DNA of 64,000 nucleotides from Schizochytrium sp. TIO01 (lineage: Eukaryota > Protista > Bigyra: Labyrinthulomycetes): positions 3,484,040 to 3,548,039 of the forward strand of contig SMSO01000035.1 of NCBI GenBank assembly GCA_004764695.1, given 5' to 3'. A program made the position numbers and the translations under genes. How positions within the stretch are numbered: the stretch's first letter is position 1; each line of letters begins with the position of its first letter. A model generated the notes under the pieces. It saw nothing but the letters and a program-made list of their open reading frames with translations, was not told the origin of the DNA and ran no database searches. Shown here piece by piece: positions 11,452 through 23,300 of the stretch.

Positions 11452-11524
11452 GTCTTCTTGAAAGTCTTCTTGAAAAGGTCTTCTTGAAAAGGTCTTCTTG
11501 AAAAGGCCTTCTTGAAAGTCTTCT
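11452..11524. repeat. Tandem 12-14 bp minisatellite (GTCTTCTTGAAA[AG]) x5
   Basis: gtcttcttgaaa, gtcttcttgaaaag x3, gccttcttgaaa, gtcttct. Each full unit carries TTCTTGAA. Confidence 0.9.
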
Positions 11525-13237
11525 AGTTCTTGTTCTCCTTTGTTGAGTTTGTTTGTCTCTGGAGTTCGCTCTCTCTCTGGGCAGCTCTCACCTGACCCGC
11601 TTCTGACTCTGGGGCGCTTTCCCCCGTTTCTGTTCGTCTGCGTGCGACGGAGAGGAACGAATGTGGCTTGAATTGCAGTCAAGTCTCCTGATGCTCACTT
11701 TCGCTCAACGCTTTCCTTGGATGTTTCTTCGTATTCGCCAGCTTTCGAGAAGAAGAGAGCTTCTCGTCGATGACGCTGAGCAGCTGCAGATTATATGTAT
11801 GTATATAGATATAGGTATAGATAGATAGATATATATATATATATCGAGCGCGAGATGGGGGGAGACAGAATGGGCGAGCGGATGAACGCAAGCGCCCTTG
11901 TCCAACCGACTAAGAAAATGCGCTGGGATCACTGATTTCAAACAAAAACCAAAAAATCGCCAGCGCCGGAGTTGGTGGTGCCTAAAAATTCCCACAATTT
12001 TCCAAGACGAACAATTTCCGAACCACGAAACCAAAGAAACGCCCAGAGAAATAAACACCAAGCAGCCAAGCAGCCAAGCAGCCAACGATCAATAACCAAT
12101 AATCAACAGAAACACGAAAAGAACGCCGAGCGCCGCGAGATAATGAACGGTGGCTGAGAAGAACAAATGCACGAAGCAAGCGACAACTGAAGATGGAAAC
12201 CACACAACGAAAAGAGCCAAACCGCTAAACACAAGCTAGCAGACCCTCTCCTCTCACAACAGGGAAATAGATATACACACACACTCACCCACCCACCTGC
12301 ACACACTGATACCCTCCTTTCACAGAGAGACAGACACGCACTCACTCACAGAGGGATAAAGAGTCGAAGCCGCGTGGAGATGAGAGACGGCGGCTCTGCT
12401 TCACTCACAGCAGTTGTGCGCTTCGAGAAGCAAGGGGCCTCTGCCTGCTTGCCGCCAACACACAGCTCGCCGGCGCGTGGGTGGGAGTCCCTTCAGGAGC
12501 TGCCTCCAACGCTGCTGTCTTCGCGTTCCTTCGCGTTGGGCTCTGTCGGTTCCCAGCGAAGTCCGCTTCTTCTGGTCCTGGTTCTCGCCGTCGCTGTCGT
12601 TGCCGCTGTTTGCTTCTTCGTACGCTTACGCTTCTGCTCCTTGTCTTGTCTTGTCTTGTCTTGTCCTGTCTAGTCCAGAGCCCCGAGCAGACTGCCCACT
12701 GGCGAGCGACGACGGGAGGCAAGGAAAGAAATGCGGAACAAAGCAAAGCGAACCAGCGAGCAAAACGAAAGAAGCAGAGAACCGCGGCGGGCGTTCTCTT
12801 TCTGCCGCGCGGAGAAAGAACGCCGCAGTAGAACCAGCAGACTCGATCTGGCCGGACTCAACAACGATGAACTAATCTAACCAACTCAACTCACTCACCT
12901 CTGAGGCGCAGGCTCTGGAAACCGAACTTCGAGGTCCGCTTCTGCAGACAGGATCGAGTAGAATCGAGTAGAATCGAATCGAATCAAAGAGACTCGATGG
13001 ATGGATATCCAAATCCCACTTATTGCAAACAGCCTGCTGGTTGGTTTGTTGTTGTTTAGCCCAGGCCAGCACCGAATGCACCTCCGACGATAGAGTTTCA
13101 ACCAACGGAGAAACCGCAAGCAAGTCGATATGTTTGCGAGTCAAATCAGCAAGAGCTGGGCCCGAGTTCGCTAAATCCCGGCTCAACCCACAAACAGACC
13201 GGTGCTCGCGTGTCTTGTTTTCTAAAAGGCAGCGATA

Positions 13238-13517
<280 letters not shown>

Positions 13518-13671
13518 CAAAAGCACCGGAGTCTCTCCGTGCTTCTCGTGCGTGTCTTTCTTTCTTTCTTTCTTCTATCCTTCTCTGCGCGTCTGTCTGT
13601 GTCTTCCACTTAGATCTCGCTGGCTACTTTGCCGCTGTTCTTTCTGCGGGTGCTGCAATTACTTCTCTTCT

Positions 13672-13726
13672 CTTCTTCTTCTTCTTCTTCTTCTTCTTCT
13701 TCTTCTTCTTCTTCTTCTTCTTCTTC
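13672..13726. repeat. (CTT)n microsatellite, ~18 units
   Basis: Directly visible. Confidence 0.93.
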
Positions 13727-16700
13727 CCACTAGCTAGGGAATGCGGGGAGCGGCGGGATCGAAGCGCCAACGCCGTGGAAGAAAGAAACAACAGTTCCAC
13801 CACAGTCTTCGAGCAGGCCTGCGGAGTTCCGCCTTTGATGAATCGATAATCACTCAATCACTCACTCACTCACTTACTCAATCAATCCAAACTATCTATC
13901 TATCTACTGCGGTGAAGAAATAAATAAATGAATGAATAAATGAATGAATGGAATGAATGGATGGAATGAATGGATGAATGTGAATGTGAATGTGAATGGA
14001 TGAATGGATGGATCTATACTCCTGCGTACCTGTGGACTTCACTTCCACTGCGGAGTCTGCGGTCCTTGCTCCGCCTACCTGTCACCTGGTTGGGCACGCC
14101 TGCTGTCCGATGCTTCGGACTGCGCTGTATTCTGCCTGAGCGTCAGTGAGGAGCCTACCAAACTTCAGACTTCGCGCCCTCCTCCAATCCCAATCAGCCA
14201 ACAACGAGCGAGCCACTCCGCCAACGATCGATCCTCCAAACCGTCTTCAACAGCGCCGCCGCTTCAAAAGATAAACTTGGCTATTTATTCCCTTTCCCAG
14301 AAAGACTCTGTGTGTGAGACTAACTAACAAACAAAGAACGAAACACACAAAGAACGAAACACACAAAGAACGGAACAAACAAAGGGGCAAACAGAGCTTT
14401 CTCTTCTTCAAGCCCGAACGGAAGCTTGCTTGCTTGCTTGCTTGGGCCTGGGCCTGAGCTAGCTTTAGCTAAAGCTTGGGCTCGATCGAGCTCGCAGCTC
14501 TTTCGCAGGAGTCGCCGTGCGGCCAACTAGTCAGATCGAAACCAGGCAAAGCAAGCTCTCCCTGCTGCAAACGAGCAACGCTCAACTAAAGAAAGGTCGC
14601 CCTCCTTCGTTTCGCTGACCCTGCGCTGACCGCCACGAAGGTGCGCCGTGCCCCCCTTCGAAAAGGAACAAGTTGAACGCACGCCCTCCCTGCCACCTAC
14701 TACAGAAGCACCAACCGCGTATCCTCCTCAGGAACGCAAGCCTTGCTGCGGGGTCACTACGGAACTTCACGCAGGGACCGATTCCTTCTTTCCCGATGCA
14801 CCACGTCCCCCAAAAGGCGGTCGTCGCCCGAACTTCTTCGTGTTCCTCTCGCCGTTCTGAAGTTCTTTCTTCCTCTCTTTCTTTCAAGCAAGCTCACGAG
14901 CGGCTGCCTCAACGAGAGGCCGGACGCAGCGGATACGGGAGCAGGCTCCGGGAGAAGGCGGCCGCCGCAACGCTCTGCGCCAACCGACTCGACGCAGCCT
15001 TTCCTTTCCTTTCCTCGCCCTCGAGCGCGAGTTCTCACTGACCTGACCTGCAAAGCTTTGCGGGGTCCTCAGAATAATGGAACAGAACAGAACAGAACAG
15101 AACAGAACAGAACAGATAAGGAAAAGAAACAGGGGAAACAAGGGAACAAACAAACAAACAAACAGAAACTTGTGTGCTTGTTTGCAAACTTGTTTGCTTG
15201 CCTGCAAGAGGAGACGATGAAAGAGAGAACGAACGCGCTTCGCTGCCTGCTTCCTTGGCGCCTTTCGGAGATGGGAACCGGTGCCCGTTTTCTCTTTTCT
15301 TCAATTGCTTGCTTTCGTTCTGGCTTTTGCGTGTGTTGCTCCTAAGAGGGCTTTCTTTCCTTTGGTCTGTCCCTTCGTTTTGCTGCAAAACTAAAGCACG
15401 CACGCACACACGAGCACACACCTCTCTCTCTGCTCCTTGTCCGCTTTCTTTTCGCGCGCTGTCTCCTTCTCGGCGCGAGGCGAGCGAGGCTCCGCGAGGG
15501 GAAGGCAAGAGAAGAGAAGAGAAGGGAGCTGGCCAGGCAGCAAGTTTCGAGCGAGGCTGCCAGATGACAGGTCCACGCGAAAGGTCCGCCTCGGGCTGGC
15601 TTGCCTGTCTTCTGTATACTCCTATGGAGCGATGCACGAGAGCCTGAAAGAAGGGAGAGACAGGAGACGGAAGATGGGGAAAGAAAGACCCGGTCAACCG
15701 TGATTTCCTTTTTCCCTTTTTTTTTTTTTTTCTTTGTTTCTTTCTTTGTTTGTTCGTTCGTTTGGCGATCCCTCTCTTTATCTCTGTGAAGTAAGAGTAT
15801 CGAGAAGAAGAGGGGAAAAGGGGGGAAAAGAAGAGAGTTTTTTCTTCTTCTTCTTCTTCTTCTTCTTCTCCTCACTTCGTCTTCTTTTTTCCTCTCTTCT
15901 GATTGTATCGACCTCCACAGAAGAAGAACAATCACAATCACAATAACAACAACAACAACAAGAACAAGATAGAAGATAGAAGATCCACGCAAGACGCCAG
16001 CCAGCCGGTGCTTCGAGCTCAAGTGGCGGGCGCTCTTCTTCTCCTTCGAGCAAGGCGGTCAAGACAAGGAGGGCGATCAAGGCAGGCAGTCCGCCAAGAC
16101 AAGGCAAAGCAAGGCAAATCAAGCCAAGGTCAGCCAAGCCAGAGGCAGCCAAACAAGCAAGCACCGTCCACTGCCGCGCGTGCCTGCGCTCCTCTCTTCC
16201 TCTTTGCTTCTGCTCTACGCTATACGCTATAACGGCTTCTTCTTCTTCTTCTTCTTCTTCTTCTTCTTCTTTTTTCTTTCTCTTCTTTTTCTCTTCTTCT
16301 CTTTTTTGGGCTTTTCTGGCACTTGACAAAAAACAAAAAACAATCTCTCTCTCTCTCTCTCTCTCTTTGGCTTTAAGCAAGCAAAGAAAGCAAAAAAGCT
16401 CCTCAACAGAGGGTGTGCGCTTCCCTGGGCTTAATCTTTCGTGTGTTGGCCTTCTTCTTATTCTTGTGCCCTAGCTTCGACAGTGCGGGCAACGGCGGTA
16501 TAAGGCGTCACGAGCGTTCCCAGAATCCGAGGTGTTCGCCGCCACCACAAACTCCACAACAAAAGGCCTGGCTCGCGCAGCTAAAACACCCTCCAACCGC
16601 TCGCTGTGATTGAGATATCAATGCAATGCAATGCAATGCAACGCAACGGAACGCAACGCAAGGAACCAATCGATGGATCAATCGGCAGATGGGTGGACCC

Positions 16701-17739
16701 TACCCACGTGATCTCTCGCTTCGCTTCTTGCTGGCAAATATAAGCTACGCCACAGCTGTTCGCAGAGACAGAGGCAGGAGTGAATCACAAGGCCTGGAAT
16801 TAAAAGCGGTCTGTCTCGTTCGTTTGGCCCTTTTGATCCCTCACGCAATGCTCTGCCACTGACTGCTGCCGCTTTTGACGTGCCCCGAAGAAGTTCGAGG
16901 TAGGCTGCCACCACAGAATAATAAATATCCAGACGGCTCGGATTGATATCTATCTATGTATCTATGTATCTATCTGTCTTGATGATTGACTCGATGAACC
17001 AATGCAATGCGTCGAGCGTAAGGATCAATGGGCGGATGGGTGTTTCTTTCTTCGTCCACAAACCCAACCAAACCAACCGAGAGCGAGTGAGCGAGTGAGC
17101 GAGTGAGTGAGTGAGTGAGTGAGTGATATTCAACGGCACAAGCCAACCTCTGCCCGTTTGGAATCGAATCAGCTCAACCCGAGCTCCTCCAATCGCCGCG
17201 ATCGAAAGAAAGGTTAGCGTTATGGGCCAATTTGAGTGGATCTGCCTGCCTCGGGCGGTTACTCGGCTGCTTGTTCACGCTGACGACGATGCCGTTCTCC
17301 AGGTTCCCTCTGTGCGGGAGCGAAGGGTGGGGCCGCAGTGGGCTGGAGCAGCACGGCGACCGCTTGGCTCGCTCGCGTGCCTCCGCCTCAGCTTACCCGG
17401 GATATCCACGGCTCGCTCGCGGGCGACCTCCTCGCGAAGGCGCGCTCGCCTTCCCGCGGGCTCGAGGGCGCCTAGCGATAGCCTATCAAGGCCTAGCGGC
17501 GAGGGCAAGCTCCCAAGAGGCGGCGCCAACTATGCTGGACTCCCTCAGCCGGGCCCTCGTAGCTCCCAGGCGCTGGTTCGCTAAGAGATTCCTCGATATG
17601 GCACTCAGCGGCGAAAAAACAGTCACTGCGGGTCCCGAGTGTGGGAATACAGCACGGTAACCCCACAGATCTTCGTTTAGCTAGCTCGCCTTGTTGATTT
17701 CTCCGGGTTTGGCTCAAACTGCTCAAAAGTCTGAGGGCT

Positions 17740-17763
17740 GATCGATCGATCGATCGATCGATC
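17740..17763. repeat. (GATC)6 self-complementary repeat
   Basis: Directly visible. Confidence 0.9.
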
Positions 17764-18450
17764 TCTTCGCCTTCTCGAGACCAAGCTCGCGCCTTCCCTC
17801 CGTGCGGATCCGGCTGCCTTTCTGACGCAGGGAAAGTCCGCCGCTGCCTAGACGCCTGGCTGGGCAGGCTTTGCTCGCTCGCTTGCCTGCTTGCCCAGCT
17901 AGCTAGCTAGCTAGCTAAGCTCGAAAGCAGGAACTCGAGACGCCGCTGCCGAATGGCCACTCTTCGCGGGGCGGCCGCCCGGCTGCGAGCCCGGCCTGGC
18001 CGCCCCTACTTCAAGGCCGCCGCCTCGGCTTGATCGCGCTGCCGTGAAGTAGCTTGAGCTCGCTCTGCGAGGCCTTGCGCAGTGGGTTGGCCCAGGCGCT
18101 GCAGAAATGGAGGCAAATGCAGCGAGCGATGATGCGAGAGATAGATCGATTGTTGGCTTCTGCGAAAGGAAGCCACCGCTCTGCGGGAGACACAGGCGAG
18201 AGGCGCGAGAGATGGGTGCCGGCTGCCTACCAGCGCGTCGCGCTTGTCTCTTGGTGAGGCTTGAGCCTGCTGGACGTCGCAGCCCCGCGACCGTCGTAGT
18301 CGTTGTTTTGCCGTCGCTGCTGATAGAAGGATCGAGGGATTGATTGCTCTATTTATTTATTTATTTATTTATTCATTTATTGTTGTTTCCCTCTTTTACT
18401 TCTTCTCTTCAAGTTTTTAATTTCTTCCTTTCTTCCTTCCTTTCTTTATT

Positions 18451-18490
<40 letters not shown>

Positions 18491-20067
18491 TTAATCTCTC
18501 CTCCCTCTCAATTTTCACAAGTTATAAAAAAGGAAAGCTCTGAAAATAAAAATAAAAACGTGTTTATTTTTTTTATTTGCTTTTATATGCTTAAAGAAAA
18601 TGTTTAGCTTGGGGGGGGAGGAGAATCATTTAAAATTTGAAGACATGTAAATTGAAATGAAAGAGATAATAATGAATATCATCCTTACAGAGAATATAAA
18701 TATATATTTATAATAGAAAAGAAAAGCAGAGCCAAGCGAAGCAAGAGAAAGAAAGAGATAAATCCATCTGCTTTAAAGTTGAATGTCGTAGCCCTTACAA
18801 GGAGAAGAGCGAAGGCAACCTTTTCTGCTTCGTCTCCGCGACTTCGCTCTGTGCAGCGCTGCCTCTGTATCTCTCGCCGGCACTGACACCCGCTTCATCC
18901 CTCATGGTCGCGTGGTTGATTACTTTGAAACCAGCCTTGCCCTGTCTGCCGTAAACAGAGTGAACTAGACGAGCAAGGGAACCGGTGATTGAACGGCGCG
19001 AATGCTTCACCTGCTTGCTTGGCTTGCCTGACCTTGGCGAAACAGCCAGAGTGATAAACTGACTGACTGACTGACTGACTGACTGACTGACTGACTGACT
19101 ACGAGAGCCCACCAGGCTGTGTACCGGCGCGGCGACTAGTGGGCTCCGCCGGGCTGTTGTAGAGCAAGTTTGCCTTAGTTGTGCAGCCCTGAGCAATCGG
19201 AGAGCGAGAGTTAATGAGCTAGTTAAACTATGTTTTTGTTTTGTTTTGTTTTGTGTTATTATAATGTATTGATTACTTAAAAGTAAATATTCCTCATCGT
19301 ACTTGGATGAGTTCAATAATTTTCCTTGTCTAAGTTACACTGGCTCAAGCTCAGCCTACGAATATAGATGTGATGGTTGAAATAGAGGCATATCCTCTCT
19401 TTTTTGGTCTTCCTAACGTAGTAATTGCGCTTTTAAAATGCCAGTAGGCAGCACTTTAATTTAATTTTAATTTTAATTTTAAACATTAATACATTTTTAT
19501 TACTTATTTATTTATTTATTATTTATGTAGTAATCTTTCACTCATCGGTGCGCTCTCACTAGTCAGAGGTCAAGAACTAAAATCCTCTCAAACCAGAGCA
19601 GCCACTGGAATCAGTTCATTTTTTCCATCAGGGTGCCAACCATTGTACTTCATATCCAAGATTTCTTGTCTACCATATACAAGGTATCAATCATTTGGGG
19701 ATATGCTTTTCTTCCGGGCAAAGCAAGCAAAATAGTTTCTAAAGCTATTATTATTTTCAGTATTATTTGAATAGAATAAATGTAGAAAACCATAATATTT
19801 GGAGGTAGGGCGATTTTAATTTACTGGAATGAGAAGAAACAATCTACCATTCTACTCAGCTGGTGGTAGGGTCAGTCAGTCATTTCTTCGTCTGTCAGGA
19901 TCTATTCGCCCTATTATTATTCCTCAGCTGCGCCTCCTTCCTTGCACAGCTCGCATTCCACCTGTCTATACAAACTCGACCTGAAGAACTCACCAGAGCC
20001 TCCGAGTTCTCAGGAAGATTGCTTTCTTTGAACAGGAAATGACAAGATCTGCCAACCTCCGCAATTT

Positions 20068-20313
20068 TCAACCCCTTCTGTCTTTGCTCGCTCTCTTCTT
20101 AATTTTTATTTTAACTTTTAACTTTAAAGACTCTGAATCATTTTGATTTTTGTAAATAATTAAGTCTAAAAACGTAGAATGAGCAACATCACCGATCGTG
20201 GGTGAGAGACTGAGTGTTTGGAAAGTATACCCACTGGAATATAAAGACACGAACTGAGACTGGGACAGCCACCGGTCAAAAGCCATTCGCCTAGTGCAGC
20301 TTTCCTTCTCCAA
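20068..20313 (-). mobile_element. Probable decayed Penelope-like RT fragment
   Basis: Translates as QFVSLYSS...TLSLSPTIGDVAHSTFLDLIIYKNQND, resembling the PLE RT C-terminal motif (LxLT...FLDLxIYK). Single motif only. Confidence 0.35.
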
Positions 20314-23300
20314 TGAGAACCCGAAGCTGCCAATTCTCTAAATTTTACAAAAACCCAGTCATGCGTCACGGCAGAGGAGTGTCAATCGTGGTTGTATCGG
20401 TGGTCTAATTTAGTCATATCGCGTTCTTAGAACTTAGGACAATATACGTACAATCATGCACACATCTATCCCGTCCGTATTTTGACAACTCCAAATCTGC
20501 AGTTAGTGTGCTACTGGAACTCAAGTCCCTCGCAATTATTGCAAATAACCACGTTCATCCGTCAAATCAAGAAAAATCTCAGCGTAGATCGCAGAGATTA
20601 ATTTAGCTGTCCTGGTATGCATGCATGCATGGATGCATGCATGCTTCCGTGCGTGCTTCCGTGCACGCGTGCTCAGAATTGCCCAGTGTCTTGGGAGTTA
20701 GCAATCGGTCTTCTCCATACATTCCATTTCTGTGTGCAAAAAAGTAGATAGAGAACACGTGTGCAGTCAATCAGATTGTATTCCAAAGTGATCAGCAAGC
20801 GCATTTCTACGAATAATCTCACATGAGGCCGGACTGCCCTGAGTTAAATTTTCCTCATTTCTCAACCCGCCCTCAGGTACGTAAACAAATTTCAACATAA
20901 ACCTTTAAAATATTTGATATTGTATATCTCTTTAGAGCTTTAGAGAAAGATAACGCCTAGCTAGAGGGACCAGGGGCATGCATGTGCTATTCATTCCTTT
21001 TGACCTGTCTGCCTCCCTTTTCAATAGGCGCTCCCTACTACCTACCACCTGTAAATATTTTCATCGATCCCTCTCTTTCTCCTTTCATCATTCGCTTATT
21101 CTTTTTTCACCTTCTCCTGTTTTTCTTCTTTTTCTATTTTCTATACCAAAATCCCATGAAATCTAGGAAATCTAGGAAAGCAAGCTCAGCGCATGCAGGT
21201 CTGCTCCTTTCCTGTGCATCGAAATCACTCCCGTGTCAGCAGCCTTTTCCTGCGCATTGCCTTCCTGCCGTGTCTGTCGGGTAAGCAACTTAAAGCTGCC
21301 CAGTCGACTGCACGCGTAGATTGTTCGCGCCCATCGCAGCATCACTGCATGTGTATGCATGCATGCATGCATACACATGCATTGCACGTATGCATGTTTG
21401 CAATCGTGCCCAACAGATGGGTCGTCTCCGTTCAATGCAAACTTGAAAGTAGACGCCTACTTTAAGTACGAGTACCATGCTATCTGTTGACATGCATGCA
21501 TTGCATAAGGAAAGCTGGGAAGGAGGCAATCCACTCGAAGCGCCCCTAGTCTTTTGTATTCGCTGCCATGCACGCATGCTCTTTCGAAGACTTGCTTTCT
21601 TTCCTCGTTGGTTGGTTTGATTGATTTTGATTGGTTTTGTTTTATTTGATTGATTGATTGATTGATTAATTAACCCAAAGCTCGGTCGCGAAGGCGGGTA
21701 GTTTTTGCGAGGGGGGATGGTTTTCATCTGTTTACAGTGACCGATACTCTTTCGACATGGAGTTGGTAGTGTAGGTACTACTGGAAAGAAAGTGCAGTTG
21801 TGATTTCAATGTTGAATGTATGTTAGTAGCACTCAATCTCACGTGTTCACGCGTATTAATTTTGTAAAAGAATGCTTACTTGTCTTCTTCTATGTGGGGC
21901 CGCAGATACCTGAACAGGCTAACAAAAGTCTTTTGCTCCTTTTTCTTTTGATTCTCTCGCTTTTATTAATATACGTTAAATTTCTACCTGTATGGATTAG
22001 TTTTTTTCCTTTTTTTTTAAACTTAAGAAAGCTTATGCTACTAAGAAAAACTAAAATAAATGTACTATCACAAATGAGTGTAAAAGCAACTTTTTAAAAA
22101 GTAAACAAAAACTCTGTTTCTCTTCTTCTTCTTTTTCTTCTTCTTCTTTTTAATATATGAGATGCAGTGTTCCAAATATGTGGAAAACAGGAACCTTTTC
22201 TTTGGCTGCCAAAGTCCTATGTACTTACTGTGATGTCTAGACATTTTCCGCAATCTCATGAACTTGGAAGCAGACACCTGAGACAAGCAACGCAGTAACA
22301 AAAGTTATCTGTGGAAACGATAAATTAAACGCAAACATTTTTGTTATATTCCAGAGCCGCAGCTCGTTTCTTATTTTAATTTAAATATTAATCCCGCATC
22401 TCTTCAATTGCTCTTTCCTTTTTCATACCTTCATTTGTTTCCTTTTCTTTGTCTCACATTGTTCTCTCCTCTTCTTTCGCTTTCTTTTCCTTCTTTTCGA
22501 TGATTTCTCATCAGAATTGAAGGGGCAGAGAGAACCTGAGAATTGTACGATGATAAGGCCAGAGCTACGAGAGATTCTATAGTTCCTCTGCGCTCCTCAC
22601 TTAGGCATCCATTCTCCGACAGTTATTAAAGGCAAAATTGACAGAGACTTGTCAGATCACGCGCGTGTCTCCACTTCTCTGCTCGTCGTCATCCTCCATG
22701 CCTATAGACATGTATGGATGTACTTACTTCACGGCACCATCGCTCGAGTTACCGGGAGCCGCCAATTCACCCGGTCATCTTGAAGAATGCAGTATAGAAG
22801 AGGCCTCGAAGTCTCAACGAGAGGAGTTCTAGCCTACAATCATTCTCTTTTGCGGCTCGCGTGTGCACATGGCATCTTCACCGCAAGCTTCTCGCCGTGT
22901 CGCAAAGCAATGGATGCGTGAGGTGGCTACAATGACTCGAAAATGTACTTCGTCGTTGAGCTGTTCTTCTCTTCCCAACGCAAATGAGTGAACGGAGCTG
23001 CTGAATGCGGACCTTTGGTCATCGTGAAAACACATGCCGGAGCATCTTGCTTTGGTTTGCAGTCCGGCTGCAGGCTGCTTTGTCCTCTTCGTAAACCCGG
23101 TGAGTGAGTGTTCAGTCGAAGGGCTCTGGGATCCTCGATGAGCGTACGCCACTCTCGCCAATTCGCTGAGCGAAGGGGTGAATTCATTTCTAGGTATCTA
23201 CAGCCGGTGGCGGGCAATCGCGAGAACACAGAGACTTTGAGACGATGCCTTCGTACGTATTGCAAAGGTTTAGGTTTGGGGTTCAGGGAACCAACCAACC

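Noticed and set aside
11452-11524. Repeat array as a CRISPR locus
   Set aside because: Units are short and abut with no unique spacers; eukaryotic context; no cas genes.
11784-12898. Possible 5' UTR intron on the minus strand (AG/GTGAGT donor at 12898, TGCAG acceptor at 11784)
   Set aside because: Signals are plausible, but the interval is as AUG-free as its flanks, which a constitutive intron would not need; at most an alternative event, untestable without RNA data.
17953-18033. Plus-strand mini ORF MATLRGAAARLRARPGRPYFKAAASA resembling a mitochondrial presequence
   Set aside because: Stops after 26 codons with no evident splice donor or downstream exons.
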